Origin: Welwitschia mirabilis
Lineage: Eukaryota
Assembly (NCBI GenBank): GCA_051453625.1
Contig: JBOZIK010000001.1
Coordinates: forward strand, 47,009,378-47,073,377
DNA length: 64,000 nt
Direction of reading: 5' to 3'
In this document: positions 13,672 through 25,831 of the stretch, one piece after another
Layout: every line of letters begins with the position of its first letter
How positions within the stretch are numbered: position 1 is the stretch's first letter
Notes under the pieces: generated by a model
The model's database searches: none
What the model saw: the letters and a program-made list of their open reading frames with translations, nothing else
What the model was told of the DNA's origin: nothing
Made by a program: the position numbers and the translations under genes

Positions 13672-14660
13672 TTATTCTTCTTCTTTTGAGTCTTCTTCTG
13701 ATTCTTCTTCATCACCTCCTGTGCATGCTGAACTAGTTGCTTCTACCAAGGTGTTAGCAATATTATATCTAGCTACAATAAGAGCTTCTTTCATACGTCT
13801 GATACAGGAGTCAATCCATCTCAGATATGAGAAGGTATCATCAGGTGAGGCTTCCTTTGGAGAAGGAGATTTTGAATATTTCTTAGAGAAGAAAAAAAAA
13901 TGCATGCCAGACAAGATCACATGCCCAATGGGTGCCATATGCTGAAGAGTTTCCAACTTTAGATAAAAAGTAACTCAACAATGGTGACAAGTAAGGCCCT
14001 AGATCTATGATACTCTAGCTGTGAGACCATATTATTCACTATTATGGCAAGAGTATTAATAGAATACTTAGTTCTTACTAAATACATCAGATAAACTCGA
14101 TAGCAGGAGGCCTCATCACAATGGCCAGCCAAGGGTAAAAAGTTATATGTGAAAATTAAATAAAGAAAGCGATATTTTGGAGTTAACAAAGAGGTAGACA
14201 AAGTGTGCTTCCAAGTTTACAACTTATCATAAAGCTCTCTGTTAACTACAGATTTGTCTTTCATGTTGTCCTGAAGAGGCCAAAACTCTTCATAGTCCCC
14301 CTTTAGAAGATTAGTCAGCTCTGAAATAAGATTGTCTATCACTCTTATCTGCTTCCCCAAAATAAGGGTTTCAAGGGTTCTGGTGTCACGATCAAAAGAA
14401 ACATTACAATAAAAAATTCTAGTAAGAAAGGGATAAGCCAAACTAGAAAAATCTAAGAAATGGTTAAGATCCTAATCTCTCAGGAGTTAGATGAATTCCC
14501 TAAGTTCTGAAGTAATTACACACCACTCCTGGCACACGGCCTTCTTCTCAAACTTGTTAGAAAACTTATCAATCTCCTCTGCTGACATTCCTTGGTATAA
14601 TAGAGCAAGATCCCTAGAGGAAGCCTCCTTTACTATTCTTCTGAATGAGCTTTTAGCCAT
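13672..14660 (-). pseudogene. Sirevirus extra (env-like) ORF, decayed
   Basis: ATG at 14660 (MAKSSFRRIVKEASSRDL...). Continues through ORF-track fragments 14217-14441 (AYPFLTRIFYCNV), 13959-14201 and 13672-13956 (acidic tail), between the pol remnant and the PPTs. Confidence 0.65.
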
Positions 14661-15189
14661 TTCTAGTCTCTTGCAAGTAAAAGGGCTAAGAAATCATTAG
14701 ATCTGAAAGCAAACCTCTGGTTCTTGAAAGAAAGGCACTAGATCTAAGAGCTAGAGAGGGCTAGAACACAAAGAAATCAATTTAGAACTCTCTCTCTTTT
14801 ATAGACTATGAGAAATAGGATGAAATAAAGAAAAAAATTAGGTCCACCAATGGTACTTTCCCACTGTGATCCGTCAGGTCCGGTCAACCACTTGAGGTTC
14901 CAGTTGACTTATTGAGATGCGGGTCTATAGTACCGAAAGGGGTCTGGGCGACTAGGCTTTCAGGCTGGTTGACAACCACATCCAGTTGATGGAATTATAG
15001 ATCTAGTCGACCGCCCTATAATCAGTCAACGAATGATGAATAAATCCTCAAATACTTTTCATGATTGAAAATTAAATTATAGACATAGGATGTTACATCA
15101 AAATTTACCAAAAGACATTTAGTTTCATCAAGATTTATCCTAACATCATAATTTTCATGAAATGACTAGTCAATTAATTTAGAATCTAC

Positions 15190-18170
15190 TCTATAAACAT
15201 TATTCACTTGTTTTATAGAAAAGATAGAAATATTTATTTTCTCATCTATAACTTCATATTTTGATTTTTTAAAAATTACTTTGTGACCTTTGTCACATAA
15301 TTAACTCACACTCAATAAATTATGTTTCAATCCATTTACATAAAGCACATGAATAAGTTTAGTCAATTTACCTTCCTTGATGCATTGTGTACCTTCTATC
15401 TTTTCCTTTTTATTATTTCCAAAAATAACTTCTCCTCCATTTGTTCTCTTTAAGTACTGAAAGCTCAATTTTTCTCCTGACATATGCCTTGAGCAATCAC
15501 TGTCTAGATACCAACTGTTCATACATGATCCTCTGAGAGCTATTTATGTTATAAAACTTTGAAGATTGTTAGGTCTAACCCACTTAGTCTTATTAGACTT
15601 AGGTGGTACACTTTTCTTAGGAATAAATTTTAAAAGGTAATTTACTTAAAGTTTCTTAAAACAAGTATTAACTATTTAGTTCTGCAAAAGACTTTAAATG
15701 ATCAAATTTACCACAAAAATTACATGAAAGATTAGAAGCATACTTACTCTTCCAGTTTACCTAATTTTGAGATTTTTATGAACTAAAGCCAATACTTGAT
15801 CCATCTCTAGTAAGTTTTTGTACTTCAAGCATCTGTTCCAATTTAAAAGAGCTACTATAGAATTTATTAATAAAAAAAGGAAAGATATTTTACCTGATTC
15901 ATTAGGTTAATGTTGTTAAATTTTAGCACATTATATTTCTCTTTCAATTCCTCCTTTTATTTGGTGATAGTCTTCATTATTTTGTTCAACTCATTTATCC
16001 TCTTAGCTAGCTTTTTACATTACTTATATAACTCCTAACATGTATCTCCTAATTCATCCCCTTCTTCATTGGTTATATCCAAATCATTAGGCATTGATGT
16101 GCTAACATGTTTGAGTGATGATACAAATGTCACAGAGAATAACCCTCTATCTTTGTCTTATTTTTAATCTGAACATCTTTTATCATCATCATGATCATTA
16201 TCCCATGTAGTAATGAATGAGGGATTCTTTGATTTTTTATTATCTTTCCTTATGTTAGGGCACTCATTTTCCATATTATCAAATCCTTTACATGAGTAGA
16301 ATTGGATCTCTTTACTGTTTTCTTACTCCTTTTTAGATAACTCCTTTTTTTATTTCTACTTGATTATCCTTCCTTTTTCTTTCTATGAAAAAATTTTCTA
16401 AATCTTCTGGCTAGAAGAGTTACTTTATCATCATTCAAGTTATCATTTGATATATCAGTTCTATAGTCTTCCTGCATAAATTTTAAATTAATACCTTTCT
16501 TTCTATCTTCAATAAATTTAAGATCATAGATTTGCAAATTATCTTAAAGTTCTTCCAATGCCATTGCATTAATGTTTTTTGCTCTCGTCGATGGCTATGA
16601 TCTTCAGATTGAATCTTTTAGGTAGGGATCTCAAGACTTTCCTTACCACTTTTCTTTCCTCTATGCATTCTCCAAGGCTTATCATTGAGTTTACAATATC
16701 AGTAAGTCTAGTAAAAGATTCATGTAATGTCTCTTCTTCATCCATATGGATATCTTTAAATTTTGAAATAAGCATCTAAAGTTTTACTTATTTTATAGTT
16801 GAGNNNNNNNNNNNNNNNNNNNNNNNNNNNNNNNNNNNNNNNNNNNNNNNNNNNNNNNNNNNNNNNNNNNNNNNNNNNNNNNNNNNNNNNNNNNNNNNNN
16901 NNNAGGTTAATGTTGTTAAATTTTAGCACATTATATTTCTCTTTCAATTCCTCCTTTTATTTGGTGATAGTCTTCACTATTTTGTTTAACTAATTTATCC
17001 TCTTAGGTAGTTTTTCACACTCTTCATACAACTCCTGACGTGTGTCTTCTAACTCATCCTCTTCTTCATTAATCATATCCAAATCGTTAGGCATTGATAT
17101 GCTAGGAACATCTTTGAGTGATGGCATAAAAGCCATGAAAGACAACCTTTTATCTCTGTATGAGAATTGACCTGAATAGCTTTTTATCATCATCATTATC
17201 TTCATTATCTGAAGTAGTCATGAATGAGGGATTTTTTGACTTTCTATTATCTTTTCTTGTGTTAGAGCACTCATTTGCTATATGTCCAAATCCTTCGCAT
17301 GAGTAGCATTAGATCTCTTTCCCCTTATCTTGCTTCTTTCTTTGTTTTAAATGACTTATTTTTGCATTTTTACTTGATTCTCCTTCCTTTTTCTTCTTAT
17401 GAAGAAATTTTCTGAATCTTCTAGCTAGAAGAGCTACTTTATCATCATCAAATTCCTCATCTGATCTGCCAGATCTATAGTCTTCTTGCACACATTTTAA
17501 AGTAATACTTTTCTTCTTATCTCTAATAAATTTAAGCTCATAGGTTTGTAAATTACCTTGAAGTCCTTCCAGTGCCACTGCATTAATGTTTTTGCTCTTT
17601 TCGATGAATGTGACTTTTGATTTGAATCTCTTAAGTAGGGGTCTCAAGACTTTTCTTACCACTTTTCTTTCCTCCAACATTCTCCAAGGTTTGCCATTGT
17701 GTTTATAATATCAGTAAGTCTAGTAAAAAATTCCTGCAATGTCTCTTCTTCATCGATATGGATATCTTCAAATTTTAAAACAAGCATCTGAAGTTTTGCT
17801 TGTTATACTGTTGAGATTTCTTTATGTACTACTTCAAGAACATCCCATACTTCCTTGTCATGGTTATAGTTTAATATGTAATTAAATTCATCTACACATA
17901 CTTCACAAAATATGGCATTAAGAGCACAACATCTATGGTGGATTTTGACTTATCAATGGTTGTCCATTGGTCTTAGGATTTAGGAACTAGGATAGTGTTG
18001 TCAATTACATTAGTTTGGATTAACATAGACATAGTGTAACCTTTGTAGATGACTTCCTCTATGTTGGCATTTAATGATATAAGAAATATTCTCATCTAGC
18101 TTTCTAATAAGTACAATTTGATCCATCGAATATAGGTGGATGACTAGTGGAAAAATTATCAAATGGATTA
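15190..18170 (-). pseudogene. Sirevirus gag (present twice, either side of a gap) and aspartic protease
   Basis: N-terminus PPIFDGSN..Y*KARMRIFL. UBN2-type RKVVRKVLRSLPKRF occurs twice (~16600-16650 and ~17620-17670). CCHC CYSCEGFGHIANEC at ~17265-17306. Protease WYLDSDCSRHMSGEK...VLYVNGLKHNLLSVS at 15301-15522. Confidence 0.88.
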
Positions 18171-18239
18171 ATTATTTTAGGGTTCTAAGGTCAAGATTAC
18201 TTAAAATCTAACATAACTTAACTTATCTCTAATACCAAA

Positions 18240-19722
18240 TGATAGGATTAAGAACCCTAGGGAAAAGGGGAAGGGGATGAATAGGATCTTAAAAAAATTT
18301 GACAGATATTCTAAATGAAATCAATTTAAAACATAACTTGCATACACAAATAAACTATTCTAAAAAGTAAACAATATGAGAAAATATTGAAAGTAAAGAA
18401 TTAAAAATTGAAAGCACAAAAATACCACTTAAATCCAAGCCAAATTTATAGTGGTTTAGTAAGCCCCATACTCTACTCTTGACGATCAGCTTATTCTCAA
18501 GCTAGATCTCGAACCTTCATTACTCTACCAGGTATTCTTAGTTCACCTGTAACCTTTACAAATGGATTTTTCTAGGGTTAGTCTCAACCTTTAGAATGGA
18601 CTTTTCAAGACTTAGTCTCAACATTTAGAATGAACTTGTTAAGGCTTAGTATTAACCTTCAGAATGTACTTTTCAACGCTTAGTATCAACCTTTAGAATA
18701 GAGTTTTCAAGTCTTAGTCTTAACTTTTAGAACATACTTTTCAAGGCTTAGTCTCAACCTTTAGAACATGGGGTAGTGATATAATGATGCCTTAAAAACA
18801 CAGGTATCACTCGTTCTGGAATTAGTACATTTGATGGAGCTCTCCTCTTGTAAAACTACAACCCATAAAGCTCTAGATCCGATCTTAAAATGTAGAATAT
18901 ATGTTAATAGTAGATCTCCTTCAGTTAGACACAATGATGCTAAGATACAATAGTGATGATCATTTAAATCCTAGGCTTAATCCTTTAAATCCAATAGATT
19001 TGACTAAATGAGTGAGTTTCCAAAAGATCCTATTGTCATCTATGACTTAGCTATTTATAATGGAATGCTTTTAGGGTTTATTACATTTAAAATGTGTCTC
19101 TAATGACTATAAACAGCTAGAAAATGGCTACTTAATAGCTACATAATAAATACATAACATTTAGAAAAATTTCATTTCCACTCCATCTGGTTAACTCCAT
19201 AAAAATTCGGTCAACCCCATTTGGTATCATGAGTTACACAGATTACTCATGAGAGAAATTTAGTTGCCTTGATTTCTTACGCTTCCTATCCAGTCGACCC
19301 CATCTAGGTCCAGTTGACCCCAGTCTGGTTACCCGCTATTCATTCGGTCACCTACTCTTCTAATAAAATTTGTTTCCTGTTTCCTGCATTAAGTCAGCTT
19401 GACCCCATCATAGGTCCAATCGACCCCATGATGATTGGCTCAGGTGTACCAGCTACATAGTTCTCAGGTCCAGTTGACTTCATTATAGGTCTGGTCAACC
19501 CCTTATCATTTAGTCTAGGGATACTATCTGTCAGGTTCTCAAATTCGGTTGACCTCATACAGGTCTGATCGACCCCTTTCCATTTGGTTTAGGGACACTG
19601 GTTCTCGAGGTTACAGTCCAATTGACCCCATTAGAATTCAGTCAACCCCTCTAGATGCAGCTCATGTTTCTGTCTGCTTTAGGTGTAGTCTACCCCTTAA
19701 AAATTTAGTCGATCCCATCTTG
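18240..19722 (-). repeat. Sirevirus 5' LTR (truncated by N gap)
   Basis: Homologous to 11528-12895 and adjacent to the PBS. Carries 6 copies of the 34-bp unit (18573-18770), a minus-strand TATA (TTATAAATAG ~19051-19060) and GTCGAC-like palindromic motifs. Confidence 0.85.
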
Positions 19723-20429
19723 NNNNNNNNNNNNNNNNNNNNNNNNNNNNNNNNNNNNNNNNNNNNNNNNNNNNNNNNNNNNNNNNNNNNNNNNNNNNNN
19801 NNNNNNNNNNNNNNNNNNNNNNTAAAATTGATATCAAAATGTATTACATAGTTTAGAAACTCTATTAATTAAAGCTTACAAAATGTGGGTTATAACATTG
19901 TGCTCTCTTCATTATGGTTAAAAATTTAAGTTATGACAATAAACGTTGAGACAATTATTCCCCATGAATAATTGAGACATAGCTAGTGACTAATATATCA
20001 TAACTTATACATTAAAAAAAAAAATTATTCTAGTATGTGATGGAATGTGAATCTAAAGATCTTCTATTAAATATTGTGTATAATTATTACATTTTATTTT
20101 GACAAAGAATAAAGATACATAATTTTAAAATCATTTGAAATTATCTTATCAATTTAATAAGTTATTTAGGATGAATTTCTTTTAATGAAATTGATATGAC
20201 CATAGGCAAATAAAAATATTAATGAGACGAGGATTTGGTGGATCTAGAGTGTAAGAAGAAATGAGGGCTTGGAAGACCTCAAATCAACAAGGCTAGTTTT
20301 GATTCCTGGTCATGACACAGGGGGTGATTTGGCCACCAGATAGTCTATCTATGGGTAAGTTGTGAAATTTTTTGAAATATCTGTTTTGATCCACTTTACA
20401 AATTCTTTCAAGGGACTCGTTCCCCAAAA

Positions 20430-21530
20430 TGGAGATGACTTAGTTCTCCAGGGAATAACAAAACCCTAGTTTTAGATATTGATGAAGGTTCTTGCTTTAA
20501 AATTGAGAATAAACTCTAGTACAATTTAATTAAAAAGTTCATTTCATTTGATATAAGAAGTAGGCTAGATCAGATCAGAGGATAGGTGACAACTAAATGG
20601 ACAGGAATCAATAAAGTTAAAGTTATTACTATGCTAGAAGAACTGGTGATTTTTGAGTTCGATAATAAACTAGATCGGGATGAGATAATCTCAAGAGGAT
20701 CTTGGTTCTTTAGCATGAGGGGTCTTGCCTTAGCCAAATGAATGCTAGGGATACAATCGGACTCGAATCTATTTAGAAAGTTACCTATATGGATTCGCAT
20801 TCATAAGTTTCCCTTAAAGTTTTGGGATGAATATATATTGAGGAAAATTGTATTCTAGTTTTATGAACTGATCAAGCTTGATAGAATTACCATCAAATAG
20901 ATGAGACTGGTCTTGGCTAAGTTCTATGTTTAGATGATTCTAGAGGATACAAAGGAGATACAATCCATAAAATTTAGATCTAAATGGAGTATCTGTGATT
21001 TTAAAGTTACTTATGAGAAACTTCCAGTTTCATGTAATGTTTGTGGAAAATAAGGATACCTTTTCGAGAGATGTGTTTCTTCTGAAAAGAAATGCTCTCA
21101 TTATGGTAGAATGGGCCATTTAAGAGAAGAATGTAAAAAACAATTAGTTGATAGTGAAGAAAAAAAAAGGAAATTTGTACTTTTTGTGGGAAGACCAAAT
21201 ATAATTAGAGCATATATTAGCATAAACAAAAAAAAAAAACTTAGTGAAAAGTACTATGGCTTTCCCCAAGGAAACTAAGAAAAGTAAGAAAAGGAAGCTG
21301 TAGGAGATGAAGTACAACCCCTTTCAACCTCTTATAGATGAAGAGGACTCTCAGCAATCTTAAAATCCACTAAATACTAATGAGCCTAATAATGTGAAAA
21401 TTTAGATGAGAGGAAGGCCTAGCAATAGAACCCTTTGAGAAAGGGAAACAATAGAGAATGTGGTCAATAGCTCCCAAGCTACCATTAAAGATATACTCAA
21501 AAAAGGTTAAGCACCTAGAAAGGGGTAAAA
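20430..21530 (+). pseudogene. LINE ORF1 (DUF4283-like + zinc knuckle)
   Basis: VIFEFDNKLDRDEIISRGSWFF...LPIWIRIHKFPLKFWDE and YEKLPVSCNVCGK*GYLFERC (~21012-21075). Confidence 0.85.
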
Positions 21531-21539
21531 ATAGACTCA

Positions 21540-24500
21540 ATGAATTGTCTTTCATGGAATTGCAGGGGATTAGGGTCCTCTTACAAGAAAAAGAAACTAA
21601 TAAATCTTATTATTTAAATTAATTTTTATTTAGTTTGTTTACAAAAAAAAAAAAAAAAAAAAGGTGATATGAAAATAGAGATTCTAGGAAAGCAGTGAAA
21701 TTTTTTTAACCTATGTAGCCCAAGATAACTCAGGACTCTTCATGATTTTTTTAAAAAAAGAAGGCAGATTTAATTAATAGCAATAAGGACCACATATAAT
21801 CTTTCTTAAGGAAGAAAGCTGAACTATAACAAATATCTATAGTCCTCAAAATAATCAAGATATAGCTTTTATCTTGGAGGAATTACAGTAGATAGTGATA
21901 GATAAATCTAAATGGCTCATTATGAAGGACTTCAATTAATGTCTACATCATTAATTAAAGTCAAAGGGTAATAACTGGAATTCTAAGAGAGCTTCAATCC
22001 TCAAAGAGTTTTTAGCACAGAATACTCTTATAGATATCATTATTTCTAGATGCAAATACACCTGGTCTAATAGAAGGATAGGCAACAATTTAATCATGTT
22101 TAAGATTGATAGAATCCTTGTTGGAAAGGAATTAGTTAAGATCCTAATTGAAGCCTGTGATCTAAATAGAATAGCTTCAGATCACCATCCTATCAGACTT
22201 AGAGTGGGGATGATTAGACCCTGAAAAACTTTGTTTTACATGGAACGGTATTGGATTAATTAGACAAAAACTAGAATGTTGATGAAAAAAAAATCTAGGC
22301 CCAGTATGATGGGACACAACTCTTAACCTGTTTTTACAGAGGCCTTAATACCTTAAAATCCTATATAAAGGACTAGAAAAAGAAAGATAAAGAAAGGTTT
22401 GATTTCAAAGTAGATCTTAAAGAAGAAATCTAAAGAATTCAGGCTGAGAAAGAAGAGGAAAAAGACTAAGATAGACTCTGTAATAAGAAATATTAGTCCC
22501 TATTGGAACTCCAAGAAATAAATGCTGATGAGAAAAATTATTAGAGAGAATGATCAAGGATAAAATTACTTAAATAAAGGGAAAAGCATACCAGGTTTTT
22601 CTTCCAGTAAGTTAATCAATATAGATCAGACAATAGGATTAAAAGGCTTACAATCAGAGGCCATATAACTGAAAACAAACAGGACATAGCTAAGGAAATG
22701 TTGGCCCACCTTATAAGAATTTAGGAATAAAACAATATCATCTCTCGCCTCATTTCAGAAAATAGGAGGACTTCAAATGAGAACAATTTCCAACTTATTA
22801 AATCCTTAAGCAGAGATAAAGTTCTGTCAGTTGTGACGTCTATGAAGAATAATAGAGTTCTCGAGTCAGACAGGTGACATGTTAAACTTTTCAAATCTCA
22901 CTTTTTCATATTACGAGATAATCTTTAGGACATTATGCAGGATGTCTTTCATAATAAATAAATTCCTAGGAAAATGAATAGAGCCAGGATGCTTCTTATC
23001 CCTAAAAAAAGGAACTTTAATAAACTAGAGGAATTTAGATCTTAGATATATATATTGTTATTTATATAATATTTGTGAAAATCATGGTTGGATGTATCAT
23101 CCCGTTATTGCCCAAGGTAATTTTAGAGAATTAACTAGCTTCATTCGATCTAGGTATATCTGGGACCAAATTATCTTGACTCACAAGACCATTCATTTTG
23201 TTAAAAAACATAAATTTCTTTTTCTTATTGCTAAAATGGATATTATTAAAGCATACGACTCTGTTAGTTGACAAGTGTTAGAAAGTATCCTCAGGAAAAC
23301 TGGTTTTCATCAAGACATCATTAATCTTTAGCTAATTATACAAGCATCAGCTAGATTTAGTGTGGAGGTTAACAATCACAAGTCCAAATTTTTTTAGTAG
23401 GTCAAGGATTAAGATAGGAGGACCTTCTATTCTCATATCTTTTCTGTTTTGTGATGAATGTTTTAAAGGTCTTCTTAAAGAGTCATGAAGTTACAGGAAT
23501 TAGAATTAGAGGTTAAAATTTCATCAATAATCACCATGCAGATGATACTATCATTATGATCAAGGCATTATATTAGCAATAAAGAGCTATCAATAATTCC
23601 ATTAACCTTTTTGTGGTAGCTACAGGTCTCCATACTAAGTGGAACAATTCAATAATCTATACCTTGGATAAAAACAGTATCAGAGGGGTCAAAATTGCTA
23701 GAATCCTAAACACTAAACTAGGAGACTTGCAAGATATCTACCTTGGAATTCCCCTCGGAATTGGTATAATACCCTTACTTGGAACTACATCCTTAAGTTT
23801 ATTCAAAGATAATGCAACTCTTGGTAAAATAATTTTCTCTCATCTAAAGTAAAGATTGTTCTGACAAATTTGTGTCTAATCTCTTCTTTCAGATATATAG
23901 CTTCCATTATCGCCTCCCCGTAGAACATCATGCAAAGAATTAATAGAATCTTGAAGGAATTCATATGGTTTAAAGATAAAGACCAAAACCATATTCACCT
24001 TTGTAAATGGAAGATAATAGCTTATCCAAGGGAATCAGGAAGATGGGGGATTCAGAGACCAGAGGACTGTCTCCTTACAGGAGCTTACTAGATCTTCAAA
24101 AGAATATCTGAGGGAGGATAACCTTGGAGTAATTTAATTAATTACAAATAATTAAATTGGAGAACCAATTAGGGAGATTCCTACTTGAGGAAACATTTTA
24201 GCAGAGCTTGAAGACATCTGTTAGACTTAAACATTTGTCATATAAATTCAGCCAAATAAATCTTTCTAAAGAAATATGGGAAAGATGACTCCTATAAGAA
24301 TTTCTAGAAAGGCCAAATTCTGGAAAACATTAAAGTATTCTGTTGGCTGAAGGATCATCATAAAGTACTCACTTGAGATTAACTATGTAAGATGGGTTTT
24401 CAAGTGGAAATAGCCTATTCTATTTGATAGTCTTGTCTTAAAACTACATACCACTTATTTCATCAATGCACTTAAAGAGTTAATGATAATTATGAAGAAG

Positions 24501-25080
24501 TACTACTAGACCTATAACATATTTGACACCTACTTAAATGACGGGACTCATTTGACTTATTGACAAATTTGGAGAATAAAAAATAATTTTATTTTCAGTA
24601 GTGTCTCCTTATCATTTCCTTTAAATACTACTAGGAGGATCAAACATTACCACTCTCAAATTAGAATTGTAATGGAAGCTACACCCACTATCGAGTGATT
24701 TGATTCTTGTCTTTTTAAAGGTTGTCCAAACTTGTGAGAGAAAGTGCAGGTTCTGGGATGGGTAACGCTCTTGTACATCCTTAAAAGGGAGCCAAGGGCT
24801 AATATTACCCCTTTTTACAGATGTTAGAGAGGGCAGCACACAATCTTTAGAAGAATTCCCATTGAAATAACTAAAGATTCTCTCTTAAAACTTCTGAAAA
24901 TTCCTACATCAGAAGAAAGGATTCCCCTTGGAAGCCTAGGGCAATGAGAGATGCTTCATTTCTTTCTCAGTGATGTCCCTAAGTTTGCTAGTGGACACAT
25001 CAGTCGGAAGGCACTACCTCCACCATAGGGCTTAGGGGCTAAATTAGTCGATCAATATTTCATTCAATTTGGTTGTTCCT
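21540..25080 (+). pseudogene. LINE ORF2 (APE endonuclease, RT, zf-RVT, RNase H-like)
   Basis: Starts MNCLSWNCRGLG at 21540. Endonuclease motifs YTWSNRR, KIDRIL and ASDHHPI. RT motifs KMDIIKAYDSVSW, HADDTII (23535-23555, YADD equivalent) and YLGIPL. The C-terminal part is weaker. Confidence 0.85.
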
Positions 25081-25675
25081 CTAAGCTCTAAGGAATTCAC
25101 TTCACATTTCTCAAATCTCTAGACCTAGGACTCTAAGTGAATTTACCTTTCTTCTTTATTCAATCCCTTTGACAAAAATATACAACTAGATATTTTGGAT
25201 TCATTTTAATGCTTTGATGAGTTACTAATGAGATTAGGGTAAGAAAGGCCCCTTCTTCACCCAGGTGACGCCACCTATAATAGACATCTCTAAGGAGAAC
25301 ATTTAAAATAAGAGCCACCACTAAAGAAAGCCCTCAATCTGAGGAGAATGTTGCATAGAGTAGTCCCAGTCAATAAGAGATGACTCTACCCTTAGACCCC
25401 CAGATAGAGGAGTCAAATTCACCTCCAACATAGAAGGAGAAAGCCTAGAGACAGCTTAAAAGATAGTTAAGGAGATAACTCAGGAGCATACTAAATACTA
25501 GGAGTAAGGGAATCAAGGCTAAGCCTATACTCAGTTCGAAAAAAGCCCCAGTCTTACATAGAATTCAACCACAGAATCCTTTTTAGCAGAAAGGTAGCAT
25601 AACCCATAGGAGGATATAGATATGGACACTACAAAATGGAAGGTCATGCTTGCAACAATGCATGGGCTGAAGAGA

Positions 25676-25831
25676 TACCCCTTCCTTATCTTATAAATCT
25701 ACCATAGAATCCTTTCATAAGCTATCAAATCTAGTTATAGAAAGAAAGTGCTTAGATTAACTCTACATAAAAATTAAATAGGTGCTGAAGAATTCAATAA
25801 GGTAAATTAAGCTTTTGAGATGTTATCTAAT
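25676..25831 (+). pseudogene. DnaJ/J-domain-like reading frame inside the LINE 3' region (decayed)
   Basis: YPFLIL*IYHRILS*AIKSSYRKKVLRLTLHKN*IGAEEFNKVN*AFEMLSN. Spacing matches the J-domain consensus, all four stops are TAA (consistent with CAA>TAA), and the HPD position reads TLH. Confidence 0.6.

Larger units (their letters stand above)
11528..19722 (-). mobile_element. Sirevirus (SIRE, Copia) LTR retrotransposon, internally deleted (gag + protease + env-like ORF, no IN/RT/RH)
   Basis: Paired LTRs at 11528-13053 and 18240-19722 (the latter runs into a gap). PBS (+ strand TCTCTAATACCA ~18226-18237), PPT ATCTTCCCCTTTG at 13054 and a further PPT-like copy at ~13589. Contains SIRE-type gag, two CCHC knuckles, WYLDSDCSRHM protease and an extra ORF before the 3' LTR. 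Confidence 0.85.
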
